This document shows positions 33,421 through 47,569 of a DNA stretch of 64,000 nucleotides, piece after piece. Source of the stretch: Macrostomum hystrix. Its lineage: Eukaryota > Animalia > Platyhelminthes. The stretch spans positions 7,440,001-7,504,000 of the forward strand of contig CATNEN010000029.1 of NCBI GenBank assembly GCA_950097015.1, written 5' to 3'. Under the pieces are notes generated by a model. The model had not been told where the DNA came from and searched no databases. It saw only the letters and a list, made by a program, of their open reading frames with translations. Every line of letters starts with the position of its first letter. The stretch's first letter is position 1. The translations under genes were made by a program, and so were the position numbers.

Positions 33421-34844
33421 TATCAGGAAATTTCCGGGCCCCATGAATATCGGAAACTTTCAGTGAAATATTAGGATGATATGGATATGACAGTTTTCGT
33501 AGTCTGATTAAAATTACGAAAATCATAGGATTTTTCGTAGCTCGTTTCCGTAGCTCGTATGACATTTTTTCGCTCGGTGACACAGCTCGTATTTGAAATT
33601 TTGCTTCTTCAAGCCAAAAAATGTCGATCAATCTTGCCCGAGGTCCGAATTTTAACTAACGTGTGATTTACGAGCCTTAGCAACTGAATCTTTGCACACA
33701 AGACAAACTAGCCTTTTACCTTAACCGCTGCTGCTGAATGGGGGAAGGCTTTAATAAAACTGCCCAAGGACACACAAGGCAGGTGTGCCACATTATTTAC
33801 CTTAAGTTACCAAACGCCAGAAAAAAAGAAGAAAGTTACTAAAAACACCGCACCGGAGTCCCAAATTATTTTCATAATTTGAGAAATCATTGAACAGGAA
33901 AACAATTTTCTAAATATCATGTTTTCCTTCAAGTCATTTATTAAATAATAGCCAGAACTTCAGTTGTCAAGTGTGTCCATGCACTTGGATACCAACCTGT
34001 TTCATTACTTTGAAATCATCCACTTTAAAGGCAGTGATTTTAGGATATGAAAAAAAACGCTGGCATTATGTAACTCTTCGAGCTTGGGCAGACAGTGTTT
34101 TAAGTTTTTTCGCTCGAATATTAATATCAAAGCTCGATGAACCGATGAGCAAGCACACAAAAAAGATTCGAGTTGCCATGAGGGGTGGAGGGTCATTGAG
34201 ATTTTGAGTATACCCAGATCGGCTTTAAGGCCGACCCGCTGAAGCAAATATTTGTAAAAAGCGAAAAAACTCGAATAAGTTATAGAAGCAATTCTACGGG
34301 CAAATTGTACCAGAAAGAAGAAGAAAATCGAAGTATTTTCTCGGGCAACTGAACAATCTGGGCCCTGCCCCCAGGGAACAGTGCGTCAGAACGAGATGGT
34401 TTAGACGCGGACAATTTAATATTTAGCCATCCTCTGCGACTCTCCCACCTCTCTCTCTCTCTGAGGATTGCTCAATTCTTATGAGCAAATACCGACTTCA
34501 GTGAGAGAACTTTTTGGGGATTGCTGTTGGAGATTAATTTCGGTTTCGGTCTCCAGAGAATAATTTCGGTTAGACAAGGCCAATTTTCTGTGTGAAACAA
34601 CTCAAAAGTGTTTTTATTGCATCTGCTGGTGATTTAATGTTTGCAGCAATTCTGATGACATTTTGTTCGACTGGCGAAACTCTCAACATTAAGGGCTTCT
34701 GCTCATACTATAAAGTGTGAAAATGAGTGTTGTATCAGTTGTGTAGAGGGTTGGAAATACCTTCAATTCAGCAAACAGCTTCCAAAAGTATAGAAAAAAT
34801 GCTTAGAGATATTGGTGCCTTCTCGGTACTAAAGTTATTTATAG

Positions 34845-36500
34845 AGGGATTAGGATAGCGATTAGATTAGAGATTAGGATAGCGATTAGATTAGAGATTA
34901 GGATAGCGATTAGATTAGAGATTAGGATAGCGATTAGATTAGAGATTAGGATAGCGATTAGATTAGAGATTAAGAGAGTGATTAGATTAGAGATTAGGAT
35001 AGCGATTAGATTAGAGATTAAGAGAGTGATTAGATTAGAGATTAGGATAGCGATTAGATTAGAGATTATGATAGCGATTAGATTAGAGATTAGGATAGCG
35101 ATTAGATTAGAGATTAATAGAGATTAGGATAGCGATTAGATTAGAGATTAGGATAGCGATTAGATTAGAGATTAAGAGAGTGATTAGATTAGAGATTAGG
35201 ATAGCGATTAGATTAGAGATTAAGAGAGTGATTAGATTAGAGATTAGGATAGCGATTAGATTAGAGATTAGGATAGCGATTAGATTAGAGATTAAGAGAG
35301 TGATTAGATTAGAGATTAGGATAGCGATTAGATTAGAGATTAAGAGAGTGATTAGATTAGAGATTAGGATAGTGATTAGATTAGAGATTAGGATAGCGAT
35401 TAGATTAGAGATTAGGATAGCGATTAGATTAGAGATTATGATAGCGATTAGATTAGAGATTAGGATAGCGATTAGATTAGAGATTAAGAGAGTGATTAGA
35501 TTAGGAGATTAGGATAGCGATTAGATTAGAGATTAGGATAGCGATTAGATTAGAGATTAAGAGAGTGATTGGATTAGAGATTAGGATAGCGATTAGATTA
35601 GAGATTAGGATAGCGATTAGATTAGAGATTAAGAGAGTGATTATATTAGAGATTAGGATAGCGATTAGATTAGAGATTAGAATAGCGATTAGATTAGAGA
35701 TTAAGAGAGTGATTAGATTAGAGATTAGGATAGCGATTAGATTAGAGATTAGGATAGCGATTAGATTAGAGATTAAGAGAGTGATTATATTAGAGATTAG
35801 GATAGCGATTAGATTAGAGATTAGGATAGCGATTAGATTAGAGATTAGGATAGCGATTAGATTAGAGATTAAGAGAGTGATTAGATTAGAGATTAGGATA
35901 GCGATTAGATTAGAGATTAAGAGAGTGATTAGATTGGAGATTAGGATAGCGATAAGATTAGAGATTAAGAGAGTGATTAGATGATAGATTAAGAGAGTGA
36001 TTCGATTAGAGATTAGGATAGCGATTTGATTAGAGATTAAGAGAGTGATTAGATTAGAGATTAGGATAGCGATTAGATTAGAGATTAAGAGAGTGATTAG
36101 ATTAGAGATTAGGATAGCGATTAGATTAGAGATTAGGATAGCGATTAGATTAGAGATTAAGAGAGTGATTAGATTAGAGATTAGGATAGCGATTAGATTA
36201 GAGATTAGGATAGCGATTAGATTAGAGATTAAGAGAGTGATTAGATTAGAGATTAGGATAGCGATTAGATTAGAGATTATGATAGCGATTAGATTAGAGA
36301 TTAGGATAGCGATTAGATTAGAGATTAAGAGAGTGATTAGATTAGAGATTAGGATAGCGATTAGATTAGAGATTAAGAGAGTGATTAGATTAGAGATTAG
36401 GATAGCGATTAGATTAGAGATTAAGAGAGTGATTAGATTAGACATTAAAATAGTGATTAGATTAGAGATTAAGAGAGTGATTAGATTAGAGATTAGTAGT
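34845..36500. repeat. Minisatellite, 24-bp unit ATTAGATTAGAGATTAGGATAGCG / ...AAGAGAGTG
   Basis: Two interspersed 24-bp variants over about 1.65 kb. Confidence 0.95.
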
Positions 36501-37619
36501 GCGATCAGAAAACTCATTAGATTACTGCATGGAAGTGTTGAAAGAGATTGATTAGGAGGAGAGAAGTGGTGGGTAGGACATTGATTGATCACATTCGGTT
36601 TGACAATGCCAAGCACTGAACTGCCCGCATAAAAAGTTTCTAAGGATGGATGCATTGAAGTTTGAGCACATGGCACTAAGTAGTCACATATGAGAGCTGG
36701 GAAGATGACAAAGAGCATCCGTGAAATCTTTGTTCTAAAACTGTCGGAACGCCTGCTCAATAAGCAACACGTGCGGCCGAGCTGACCGTCCCCGTCAGCA
36801 GCAGTCAGGCTGCCACCGTCACAGGGGAATGCCAGTAGCCACCTGCTGTCCTCTCAGCTGCATCTCTTTGACTTTGGCAGCCCTGCCCCTGACGCCCCTG
36901 ATCATTGTAGTGTAACGAGGAAACTCACCAGGTGTGATCATTTTTTTAACAAAAAAGAACATGTTAAGCTCCTATTTTCTTAGAAATTTGGCACCCACCA
37001 TACTGGAATCTAGAAAATGCGTTCTTCCCCACGATTTTAATATCCCTAGACTATACTGAGTCATGTTTTATGAGGTGTGACAATTCTGGAAGCAAAACCG
37101 TTTCGCTTAACAAACAAGAACTCGATTCTTCCATATTTAAAGTTAGGCATTTGCTCAGGCTGCAACAGAACAGAAAGAAAAGATTTCAAATTAGAAAAAT
37201 CTTGTTTGATTTTTACCAAAACTTTGAGTTAAACAATTTGCCAATTTGACGGATTTGCAGTGATTTAAACAGCAGAACTGTCAGCCAGTCAATACAGCTG
37301 CACGGCGCCAAATACTGCCTGCGTTCAAGCTCGGTGTTTGAAAAGAAACTTTAAATGCAAATAACTTTCTTTGGATTAGGCCAAGTGCCTGATAAAACAA
37401 GGCAAATAAGAACCTAGGGAGGTGAGAATCAATCTCTTATTTGCGCAAATCTTGTTTAAAATTGGTTTGGAAACAACTCGGACTTGGCAAAGACTGAAAT
37501 ATTTTGCAAAAGAGACGAGAAAGACGACACAGGGTGGGTGGTGAGAGAAAAATCTGAGTCGGGAGAAAGATAGCAGACCTTGAGATAAACAAGGTGAGAA
37601 AGACGAGAGAGTAAGGTAG

Positions 37620-38005
37620 ACGGAGAGAAAATTTGAGATGAGGTGAGATAGACAGAGAGAGAATATGAGATGGGGTGAGATAGACAGTGAGAATATGAGA
37701 TGGGGTGAGATAGACAGAGAGAGAATATGAGACGGGGTGAGATTGACAGAGAGAGAATATGAGATGGGGTGAGATAGACAGAGAGAATATGAGATGGGGT
37801 GAGATAGACAGAGAGAATATGAGATGGGGTGAGGTAGACAGAGTGAGAATATGAGATGGGGTGAGATAGACAGAGTGAGAATATGAGATGTGGTGAGGTA
37901 GACAAAGAGAGAATATGAGACGGGGTGAGATTGACAGAGAGTATATGAGATGGGGTGAGATAGACAGAGAGAATATGAGATGGGGTGAGATAGACAGAGA
38001 GAGAC
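37620..38005. repeat. Purine-rich minisatellite, about 30-32-bp unit GAGAATATGAGATGGGGTGAGATAGACAGA
   Basis: Visible periodicity. Confidence 0.9.
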
Positions 38006-39069
38006 AAACGAGAATGATCACGGAGTAAGCAAGATCGTGAATGATTGGCAAGTTTCATTGGTGGAGAGTGCGTATAGAAAAACACAAAGGGGATATTCTG
38101 TTGAGAAGTAAGAAAGATATTTCAAGACTAAATAGGATGTTGTAATAAGTGTCTGCGCTTGTGTCTGACCGGCAAAACGGAAATTGCTCGTCTACCCATG
38201 ATGATCACTGGGCAGCCTCTTAACGGCGAACTTATTTATTGTTTCATTTTTTTGTCGCCCGACAAGGCCTAGCAGGTCGTCCCACCAGAGATGTGGAACT
38301 CAAAGTGCTGGCAACACTGACACAACCTCCATCGCTGGCTGAGTGTTGATGGACAGCCATTGCGATGCGCAATAACCGTCGAGTGGAATCTCAAGAACCG
38401 CCAATAGTGGCTTGACCGTTGGCTTCCCTGTCTCAGACTCTAATAGCCCATGGCAACAATCACAAACATGAGGATGAGCAGACTCATGAGCAGACTAAAA
38501 CTATAGTCTCAAATTATTGTGACTCCTTGAGCTATCAACTCGAACAGACAAATTGGGACTCGCTTGGGCCACAGCATTCCAAGCCACTTGGGTGACTCAA
38601 TTCCGAACTATGAACGAATATTCGGTTATTTGAGCACAAGTGAGCAGCTATATAACATTAGAATCTATACTCATAACTCAATCATCATTTAGCGTCATCA
38701 CCTTGACAGGTGCAGCGGGATTCTGTCCCAATCTTTATAAACACAGTTTTCCTCAGATAGACAAAAATCCCCATATTATTGGATTCGCTCAAAGGCTTAA
38801 TTCGATCATAGCCATAGTGGGGAAAATGGGAAAACAATTACGAGGCGCAGTCATCGCTGAAATCGGTGCCCCCGGTCCGATTAATATAGTAATTCGAAAT
38901 TGGTTAGCTGAGTCGGTGTGTGCTCAGAACTGTGCTCAGCCGGGATAGCACTAATCAGGCGTGACAAAGACCGCATTTGAGACCAGTTTAACTCGCCTTT
39001 CACTGCTCAAAGCTGAGTTTGTTAGACGGAAATAAGACTTGATGGCTTTTTTAATAGCACAACTGAGAA

Positions 39070-39370
39070 TCTTCCTAGATCAGAATCTTCCCAGATCAGA
39101 ATCTTCCCAGATCAGAATCTTCCGAGATCAGAATCTTCCCAGATCAGAATCTTCCGAGATCAGAATCTTCCCAGATCAGAATCTTCCGAGATCACGATCA
39201 GAATCTTCCCAGATCAGAATCTTCCGAGATCAGAATCTTCCCAGATCAGAATCTTCCGAGATCAGAATCTTCCCAGATCAGAATCTTCCGAGATCAGAAT
39301 CTTCCCAGATCAGAATCTTCCCAGATCAGAATCTTCCCAGATCAGAATCTTCCCAGATCAGAATCTTCTC
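39070..39370. repeat. Minisatellite, 16-bp unit CCAGATCAGAATCTTC
   Basis: Period 16. Confidence 0.9.
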
Positions 39371-40384
39371 AGAAATCTTTAGAAAGATATTTATAAGTTT
39401 CAAGTGGTTTTCAAGTGCTTCAGCAAGTCTTTGGATATCATTCAGTCGCCAAAGACTTTTGAAAGTTGGAAATGTGGTGCCAGTGGTGGCCCTAATCATT
39501 GTTCTTGGCCTGATCGTCAAGTTTTATTGCCGCAATTGAAAGGGAAAGTAAAATATGGCAGAAATTGAGGCAAACATTTCTGCCAATTAGCTGAGATATT
39601 TGCAATATAGTTTACGGTCAGATCTGAAAGAAACAGCTGCAATAAACGACAGTATAATATAGTCTTTGTTTTAAGTGTGTCCCCCCTCACAATATTGGCC
39701 AATCATTTGCTGATTTCCTGCGTAAAGGTGACCACTTTTTTTCCTTCGCTATCCCAAGTCGCTTGTCAAGTGCCTCAGGATCCGGAACTGTTTGGCTGCT
39801 GCAGGCATTCCGCTGGGATTTTATCCTATAAACCGATTGAATTTTGGGGAGAAATTCGCTGCATATAAAGAGGCTTGTCAAACTAATTTACACCTCTTAT
39901 AAGGATCCCCAAATAGTGAAACTGTGAGGGGGGCTGAAAAAGGGAGTCTCTTTGAAGATGGTGCGAAATGATTATTAGCACTGGACTGATGGCCCAATAC
40001 CCTCATGATGGCCCATTCAATGGCTTGGTGTTGTCACTAACACATGTATAAATTGTTATAGACTTCCCCTATGCATAGCGAATTCGGATGACATGATATA
40101 TCAGGTTATGGAAACTGTCGCTCGATCTTCATCAGTCGCATCGCTTCGCTTGCTTGTCACAACACGTGACCCGCCAGCATGTAGGTGACAAAAATCTCAT
40201 ACAAGTTTGTGAACTAATGATCCATGGGTTTGACTCGGCCGTCCTAATTATCCCCTGAAGTAAAATCTGACCTTGTCTAAACACGGCTATTCTAAAGAGG
40301 AATCTTTAGATATGAGATTAAATAACAACATTGGGATAGCGAAACTAGAAAGTCTGAAAACTGACATATGCTTGACCTCCTCTG

Positions 40385-40950
40385 TCTTCTACTCGCCTCT
40401 CTTCTTGTCACTCTGTCTCTTTTCCTGTCACTCTGCCTCTCTCTTCCTGTCACTCTGCCTCTCTTCCTGTCACTCTGCCTCTCTTCTTGTCACTCTGCCT
40501 CTCTTCTTGTCACTCTGCCTCTCTTCTTGTCACTCTGCCTCTCTTCTTGTCACTCTGCCTCTCTTCTTGTCACTCTGCCTCTCTTCTTTTCACTCTGCCT
40601 CTCTTCCTGTCACTCTGCCTCTCTTCTTGTCACTCTGTCTCTCTTCCTGTCACTCTGCCTCTCTTCTTGTCACTCTGCCTCTCTTCTTGTCACTCTGCCT
40701 CTTCTTGTCACTCTGCCTCTCTTCTTGTCACTCTGCCTCTCTTCTTGTCACTCTGCCTCTCTTCTCTTGCCACTCTGCATCTCTCTTCCTGTCACTCTGC
40801 CTCTCTTCTTGTCACTCTGCCTCTCTTCCTGTCACTCTGCCTCTCTTCTTGTCACTCTGCCTCTCTTCTTGTCACTCTGCCTCTCTTCTTGTCACTCTGT
40901 CCTCTCTTCTTGTCACTCTGCCTCTCTTCTTGTCACTCTGTCACTCTCTT
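40385..40950. repeat. Pyrimidine-rich minisatellite, 20-bp unit CTGCCTCTCTTCTTGTCACT
   Basis: Period 20. Confidence 0.95.
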
Positions 40951-41750
40951 CAATTGTATAAATTTGCCCCAGTATAATCCTGGATACAACTCAGGAGTCT
41001 GCAAATTGTTTCCACAATTATATTTCACGAACAGTCACTCAGTTTCACGCAGTAATTGTTAATTGTTAAAGCAATAGTTTATCTTCCAAATCGGATTACA
41101 CAACTACAATTACTTTTAAATAGAATTTATGGCTATAGGTTGGTATTCATATTTTACTAAATTAAATGACAATTATGTTATTATTTCATTATTTTTAATA
41201 AAGGACAGAAGAGAAGAATTCAAAACGGCCGTTCTTAATAATTGTTTTTAATCTGCAGGTATTTATGTTTTTAACATACTTCATTATTCGCAAATCGCTT
41301 AAACCAATTAAACATTGCATCTATTCACAAACAACCGATTCACCAAAGTTGGCGACAATTCTTTTCAATGCTATTTTACAAACGAACTATTATTTTATTA
41401 CTTAGTTAAAAGAATTGCGAAAAATGAAGAGAACAGAAATGTATATATATATAACTTAGAGCATTAAATAATTTTAATAATTAACCACATGTTGTTTTAT
41501 ATTAAGCAAATTGATTGGAATTGTCAAAGTAAACTAATATAAAAATGAGAGGTGCAGTGACGAGTCAGGAAATATGGTGGGGGTGGGAAATGAGAGATTC
41601 AAATTGCATTCGCTATATGGACAGTGTGCGGCGCGGAGGAGAAGTTCCATGATCGAAATTTTGCATAGAAGGTTAAGAATATCATTTGCTATGCGCACTC
41701 GGATTCGCTTTGAAGCCTCTCAGTGTGAATGTTGAGCTACCGCTGAACTC

Positions 41751-43003
41751 TCAGCGAATCCAAGGCGGAGGTGGCAGAAGGGCTCCGCTGCGGATCAGCC
41801 GGTGGTAGGTGGCGAGGTCAAACAGCGGCGGCGGTGGCGGCGGAGGAGGCGGCGGCGGCGGCGGCAGTGCCGATGGCTGCTGCAGGTGCGGCGAAGTTGA
41901 AGGAGTTCGCCGCTTGCAGGGACCGCCGCCGCTGCTAATTAGACTGTCTATGGTGAAACCAGGCGACCCACTGCGCCGCCGCCGACGCTGCTGCTGCTGC
42001 TGATGCTGGGGCGATGACTGCTGCTGGCTCAAGCTGAGATTTAGCGGATGGTGTGGGAGGCCGGCAAACAGGGGTCCAATGCCGGGCAGCATCGCCGTTG
42101 GGTGTCTCGACGAAGTGGAAAATGGCGGTAGCGGCGGCGGAGGAGGTGGAGGCAGGACCGGAGAGCTGCTGCTGTTGCTGCTGCCTGTTGTGGTGAAAAG
42201 CGGCGGCAGCGGCGGCGGCCGCAGCGGCAGCAGCTGCCGGAAACAGGCCCAGAGGAGGCGGCGGTGGCGGCGGCGGAGGCGGCAGCGGCGGCGCCGAATG
42301 CGGCATGCCGGTGTGCGGGCCGTTGATAAATGAAGCGGCGGCCGAGGCGGGGATGGGATAGAACAGCTCGGCCTGCGCCTGTCGCTTGTAGCGCTTCCGC
42401 CGGCGCAGGAAGCTGCCATTGTCGAACATGTCCTCTGACTGCGGATCCAGCGTCCAGTAGTTGCCCTTGCCGGGGTTGCCAGGCTCTCTGGGGATCTTCA
42501 CAAAGCAGTCGTTGAGTGACAGGTTGTGCCGGATGCTGTTCTGCCAGGCTGGGAAGCTGCAAGACCGTTGGACCAGTTTTTATTAATCAACTTGTTAAAA
42601 ATAAGCTTCAAAACCTACAGGAAAATGGCTCTGAGAGACTCACCGCTCCTTGTAGTAAGGAAATCTGTTGATGATAAACTCGCAGATGCCGCTGAGTGTC
42701 AGCTTCCTCTCTGGCGACTGAAGAATCGACATCGTTATGAGAGCGATATAGCTGTATGGCGGCTTCACGTGGTGGCCTCGCCGCTTCTGCTGCTGCGGCT
42801 GCTGCTGCTGCTGTTGCTGCTCATGGGGCTGATGCTGAGAAGACAGCTCAACGTCTGACTCTGAATCGGCATCGGCAGAGGCTGAAGTTGCTGCAGCCGC
42901 TGCCGCCACTGCTGCAGCAGCAGAGAAGTCGTCTTCCTCTCCGCTGCTGTTGCTATCATCGTTGTAATCGCGAATCGAATAAAACATGGATGAGGCAGCG
43001 CCC

Positions 43004-43037
<34 letters not shown>

Positions 43038-43065
43038 ATGTTGCTTCAGATGGACTGTTGGACAT
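41751..43065 (-). CDS. FOXD: Forkhead box D transcription factor; exons 43065-42644 and 42556-(41935 in frame, or 41751 via an apparent frameshift)
   Basis: Forkhead domain [41 protein letters not shown]|[58 protein letters not shown] is diagnostic of FoxD. It is split by an 87-nt phase-2 GT-AG intron (42643-42557). An eh1-like FTIDSLI lies in the +1 frame. Confidence 0.93.
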
Positions 43066-43299
43066 TGTGGGCCGGGTATCTTGCGGAATGGTGTTTGTAT
43101 ATTTTCACCTCTCTGGCGCCGTTCTGTCTGGGGTCGACCCTGCCAGAAGCCTTTTTTTGCTTTTCCCAAAAATTTTCCGAGGAGGTGGGGTTGCAGCCGG
43201 CCGAGGGGGGGTCGGTATGGGAAGAAACAACTGGGATGAAATGGGAGTAGGGAATTTGTATACGCGAGTGTGTTTTTAGAGGGGGGCAGGGTAGCTGAA

Positions 43300-43385
43300 T
43301 GGGAATAATAATATATACGGGGACTGATTGGATTGGTTTTGGGATTTGGACTAGGCCAAGACAAATTTGAGGCGCCCAATGGGGA
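43300..43385 (-). promoter_or_regulatory. Candidate FoxD core promoter (TATATA plus CCAAT boxes)
   Basis: On the minus strand, CCAATCCAATCAG (about 43324-43336) is followed by TATATA (about 43311-43316), roughly 250 nt upstream of the ATG. Confidence 0.3.
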
Positions 43386-45944
43386 CCGGCCTGCTGGGTG
43401 GGTGGAATCCGGCCGCGCTTCTGGGAAGTTTTGTAAACATTTTCTTGTCTCCCAACCCCCGCGTCACTGTATAGGGGTGGGGGGAGGGAGGGCCTAATGA
43501 CGGGAGAGCCAGCCATGGAAAGGGAATAGAGGTAGGGAAAAGTCCGGCCAAACCCTGTTTCGCAGCTCATTATCTATCGTTGCTAGCCCGACTTCTAACT
43601 GTTAAGTTGCTTATTCAACGCCTAATTATTGTTAATGTGACTTCAATAGTCAAGTTCGCTAGAGTGTATTTCAGATGTGAACTAATTTGGCTGAAATAAA
43701 AAGAAAGCGAATATTACTGAAGCGCATTTCAATCTATAACAGGTTCAAGTATCAGGAGCTAGTCTTTAGTTAGCGACAGTCATTACCGCATGGATACAAG
43801 AAGTGAAGCTCAGACAGGAGTGTGCCGCTTCAAGGGGCGGAGATCGCGACACGGGATCTGGATCAGTTTGAGAACGGGCACAAACAATGTGAAGAGGATC
43901 TATCGGATAGGGAAGCACCATATTCAGGCTTCCAAATATTTATTCCCATACAGCAGTGAGTTTAGCTGAGTAGGTGATATAGTGTGAGTCGCTATAACAT
44001 CTTCAAATCTGGAGTGTTTGCCAACTCATTCTTATTCAACTCATTCCGCAGAGAACAGTTTTTCTGTTCAGTGAATTTTTAACTGCGAACGGAAGAAGCA
44101 AACTAATTTCTATGAAGAGCTTGAGCACACTCGATTTGACTAAACATTCATAGGCCATGCGGAGAGAGAGTGGCTGAGAGCATAGCAAAGTGTGAAAGAA
44201 TTGAAGCGTTTAACACTCCCGGGTCTTTCAAGCTACGTTGTAAAAGGTTGTAAGTTTTTAAATCCTTCATTTTCATGGGGCAAATTGGCTAGTTATTTAG
44301 TGATTTCAATGATTTAAATATTTATTGCCCCACCACTGAATGTGACTTCGCTGCGGAATCGAGCCCAGGGACATTGATGCATTTATTGTAATATGTTATA
44401 CGAGATCTAAATAACTTTATCACGGACTAAATGTATAGCATATATCTATGTGTTTATTAAGCCTCTTATTATAAGTTTGTATTTAATAAATTTGTTTGAA
44501 AATACGGCGAATATTGATAGCATGAGAACATTCTTCGCATATATCTATATACGGTTCATTGCATCCGAAATGCCCAGGTCAAAGCTATACAAAAGTTTCT
44601 CAAGTTAATAATCTGGTTGAGCAAATAGTCATCGATCCGACCTATATAATATGTCCTTAATGATGTTATGCCCATTGGTGCATGATTGATGTCCACGGTC
44701 TTAAATACGGTATATTGACCATCATTATACAGCATTAAATCCTTTGTCGGCTTGTCAGGGCCTGTCAGGTGCGTGACCGCCTATTATCCATTTTGAGCTA
44801 TCTTCCCTGACTCTATGATGGAAAATGACAAGGGCCAATGGAATCCGCGCCATCAACAAGCCTGTCCGTGTTACAGACTCTCTTAACAAGTGTGTAACTA
44901 GTCAATGCTGTTTTCTACATATATAATGGTAACAGATAGTTCGGGAGAGTCAAACTGTGTCAAACTAAATCACATGTGAATCGTGTAACAAACCAGAAGC
45001 TACAGCACACCGCGGGGTTCCGCCTCTTTGAAAACTCTAGCCAATATAACTTGAAGACGAGTTCTGCCTTTACGGGAAAAAAACAAGGCAAAAGATGAAA
45101 CAAATGACGGATATTGACTATATATTTATTCAGAAGTGGCTACCGTTGAGTTTTAGTTGCCAACTGGCATTGAGTCGTTGGTAAAAAAGATAAGGGACCC
45201 ACAGACACAGGCGGCTGCCTCACTTCCAGAGCCACTTACTGCTGTTGAAAAAGCTATATTATCGACTGAGCACACAACATACATGCAGTGCACTGAAACT
45301 ATATACGAACTGCTTGAAGAGGAAATAAGAGGCCCTTCTAGTTAAGTTTAAGGAAGTCCAGGGCAAACGGAAGCCCTTTATAGTTTAACAATCTTATATT
45401 GCTAAGGGGATGGCAATGCAGAGATGCTGGGCGATGAAGGTGCGAATGAGCTCGCAACCACCCATCCCCCCGAAAGTATTTGAGTGGCTTGAAGACGCAA
45501 CATTTCTCGAGTGAGTCTATACGGCTCCCCAAAGCATGCAGCAACTTCCAAGACACTTCAATCTTCAAGCGCATAGATGTGGCCATTGTCACCTAGCTAG
45601 TGCCTCCAATATCTATGAGGGTATAGGCCTATAGCCAATGGCAAACAAACAATCACAGTTCTCAATATTGGCAGGCGAATGTTATAACTGTATGGCCTAA
45701 CCTCATTATGTGCCAGGTGTGTTTGCCATCTATTAGGATCCGGTGTCCGAGTGCATCGAATGAGGCCAGAAAAAGTGACAGTGCGATTGAGACACCAGGG
45801 CCATTGTTTGTAAGCTATTTAGTTTCCTTTAAATTGAAGATTTAAAGCAAATAAATGGAATAAATACTATATTACGGGTTATATTTTCTAATGAAACGAA
45901 AAAAAGTCTTAAGAAAATGAAATTTAAGACTTCAGAGTGTCAGT

Positions 45945-46720
45945 TGGGATCCAGATGCCAACTTTACAGTTGGGATCTAGCGGTGTGTGTTGGGATCTAG
46001 CTGGTGTGTGTTGGGATCTAGCGGTGTGTCTTGGGATCTAGCGGTGTGTCTTGGGATCTAGCGGTGTGTGTTGGGATCTAGCGGCGTCAGTTGGGATCTA
46101 TCGGTGTGTCTTGGGATCTAGCGGCGTCAGTTGGGATCTAGCGGCGTCAGTTGGGATCTAGCGGTGTGTCTTGGGATCTAGCGGTGTGTCTTGGGATCTA
46201 GCGGTGTGTCTTGGGATCTAGCGGTGTGTCTTGGGATCTAGCGGTGTGTCTTGGGATCTAGCGGTGTGTCTTGGGATCTAGCGGCGTCAGTTGGGATCTA
46301 GCGTTGTGTCTTGGGATCTAGCGGTATCATTTTTGGGATCTAGCGGTGTCAGTTGGGATTTAAGAGTGTCAGTTGGGATTTAAGAGTGTCAGTTGGGATT
46401 TAAGAGTGTCAGTTGGGATTTAAGAGTGTCAGTTGGGATTTAAGAGTGTCAGTTGGGATTTAAGAGTGTCAGTTGGGATTTAAGAGTGTCAGTTGGGATT
46501 TAAGAGTGTCAGTTGGGATTTAAGAGTGTCAGTTGGGATTTAAGAGTGTCAGTTGGGATTTAAGAGTGTCAGTTGGGATTTAAGAGTGTCAGTTGGGATT
46601 TAAGAGTGTCAGTTGGGATTTAAGAGTGTCAGTTGGGATTTAAGAGTGTCAGTTGGGATTTTAGAGTGTCAGGTTGGGATCTAAGAGTGTCATTTACGAT
46701 CTAATCGTGTCAGTTGGGAT
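45945..46720. repeat. Compound minisatellite: 20-bp GTTGGGATCTAGCGGTGTGT then 20-bp GTCAGTTGGGATTTAAGAGT
   Basis: Period 20 in both halves; the variant switches at about 46330. Confidence 0.95.
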
Positions 46721-47569
46721 CTAATATATCCTGAGTAATTTCATTTTTAAGAATCAAGGCAAAAGTAGCCAGAAATTTTATAACGCTTCGCACCCAACAA
46801 GGTGCACACAATAACCCATACAACAAAGGAGAGAACTGATGACTATTTAACAATCGCTGGTTTCACAAAATTACATTGTATTCCACAGCAATGGCAATAT
46901 ATTCAAGAGTCGAAACCCATCTATATCAGAACCCTGCTAGTGGGGCTTTGGCAAACTTATTGGGCATCCCCAGTGCAAATTGGCTATCTTTCTCCTGCGA
47001 TTCGCACCAATCACACAGTGTTGTGTTAAATTTGCTGCACTCCATAACTGCATAACACTCCTTACCCCCCCTAATTAAGGTGGCAAAAATATCCCATCTC
47101 GCGCCGTCATATTCCATCTTGGGACAAAAAAACGGGTCCTCTCTAATAAGAGCGGTGTTTACACAAGAACCCAGAAAATAGGCGTCACAACAGATTCCAT
47201 AGATGCTTCAACAGGAAAGTGAGAGGTGAGGGAAACAAAAAAGAAGTCTTATAGAAGACACAGAGCGGCCCGGGCGGGGAGGCTTGAAGAAAAAATGTGT
47301 TTCTTTCCTCTCCCTAGCCTAATATGCCACTCGAATAAGCAGCCTTTCAGCATCTCCGCTTAAAGCAAAGTGAGCGGCTATTAGCCAAGTTGAGAGCTTC
47401 AAGTATTGTCAGAGATCCTCATTAGGCAATTCGAAAACCTATGTTGGGAGACTCCATTTTTCTTGTGCGCAAGCCGGAGGCTTCTGGCACAAGAACTGGT
47501 AAAGTAGAACGCATGATTCTCCATTCAGGAAAATATATATGAAGGCCGGATTTAGGCTAAAATAAATTA

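Noticed and set aside
34650-34685. Hammerhead ribozyme core (CTGATGA...CGAAAC)
   Set aside because: No stem II (C faces C, at most 2 bp) and no flanking stems I or III.
35180-36760. 419-aa LISNLIAI ORF and IRLEIRIA ORFs
   Set aside because: They are translations of a 24-bp minisatellite, with no domain or splice context.
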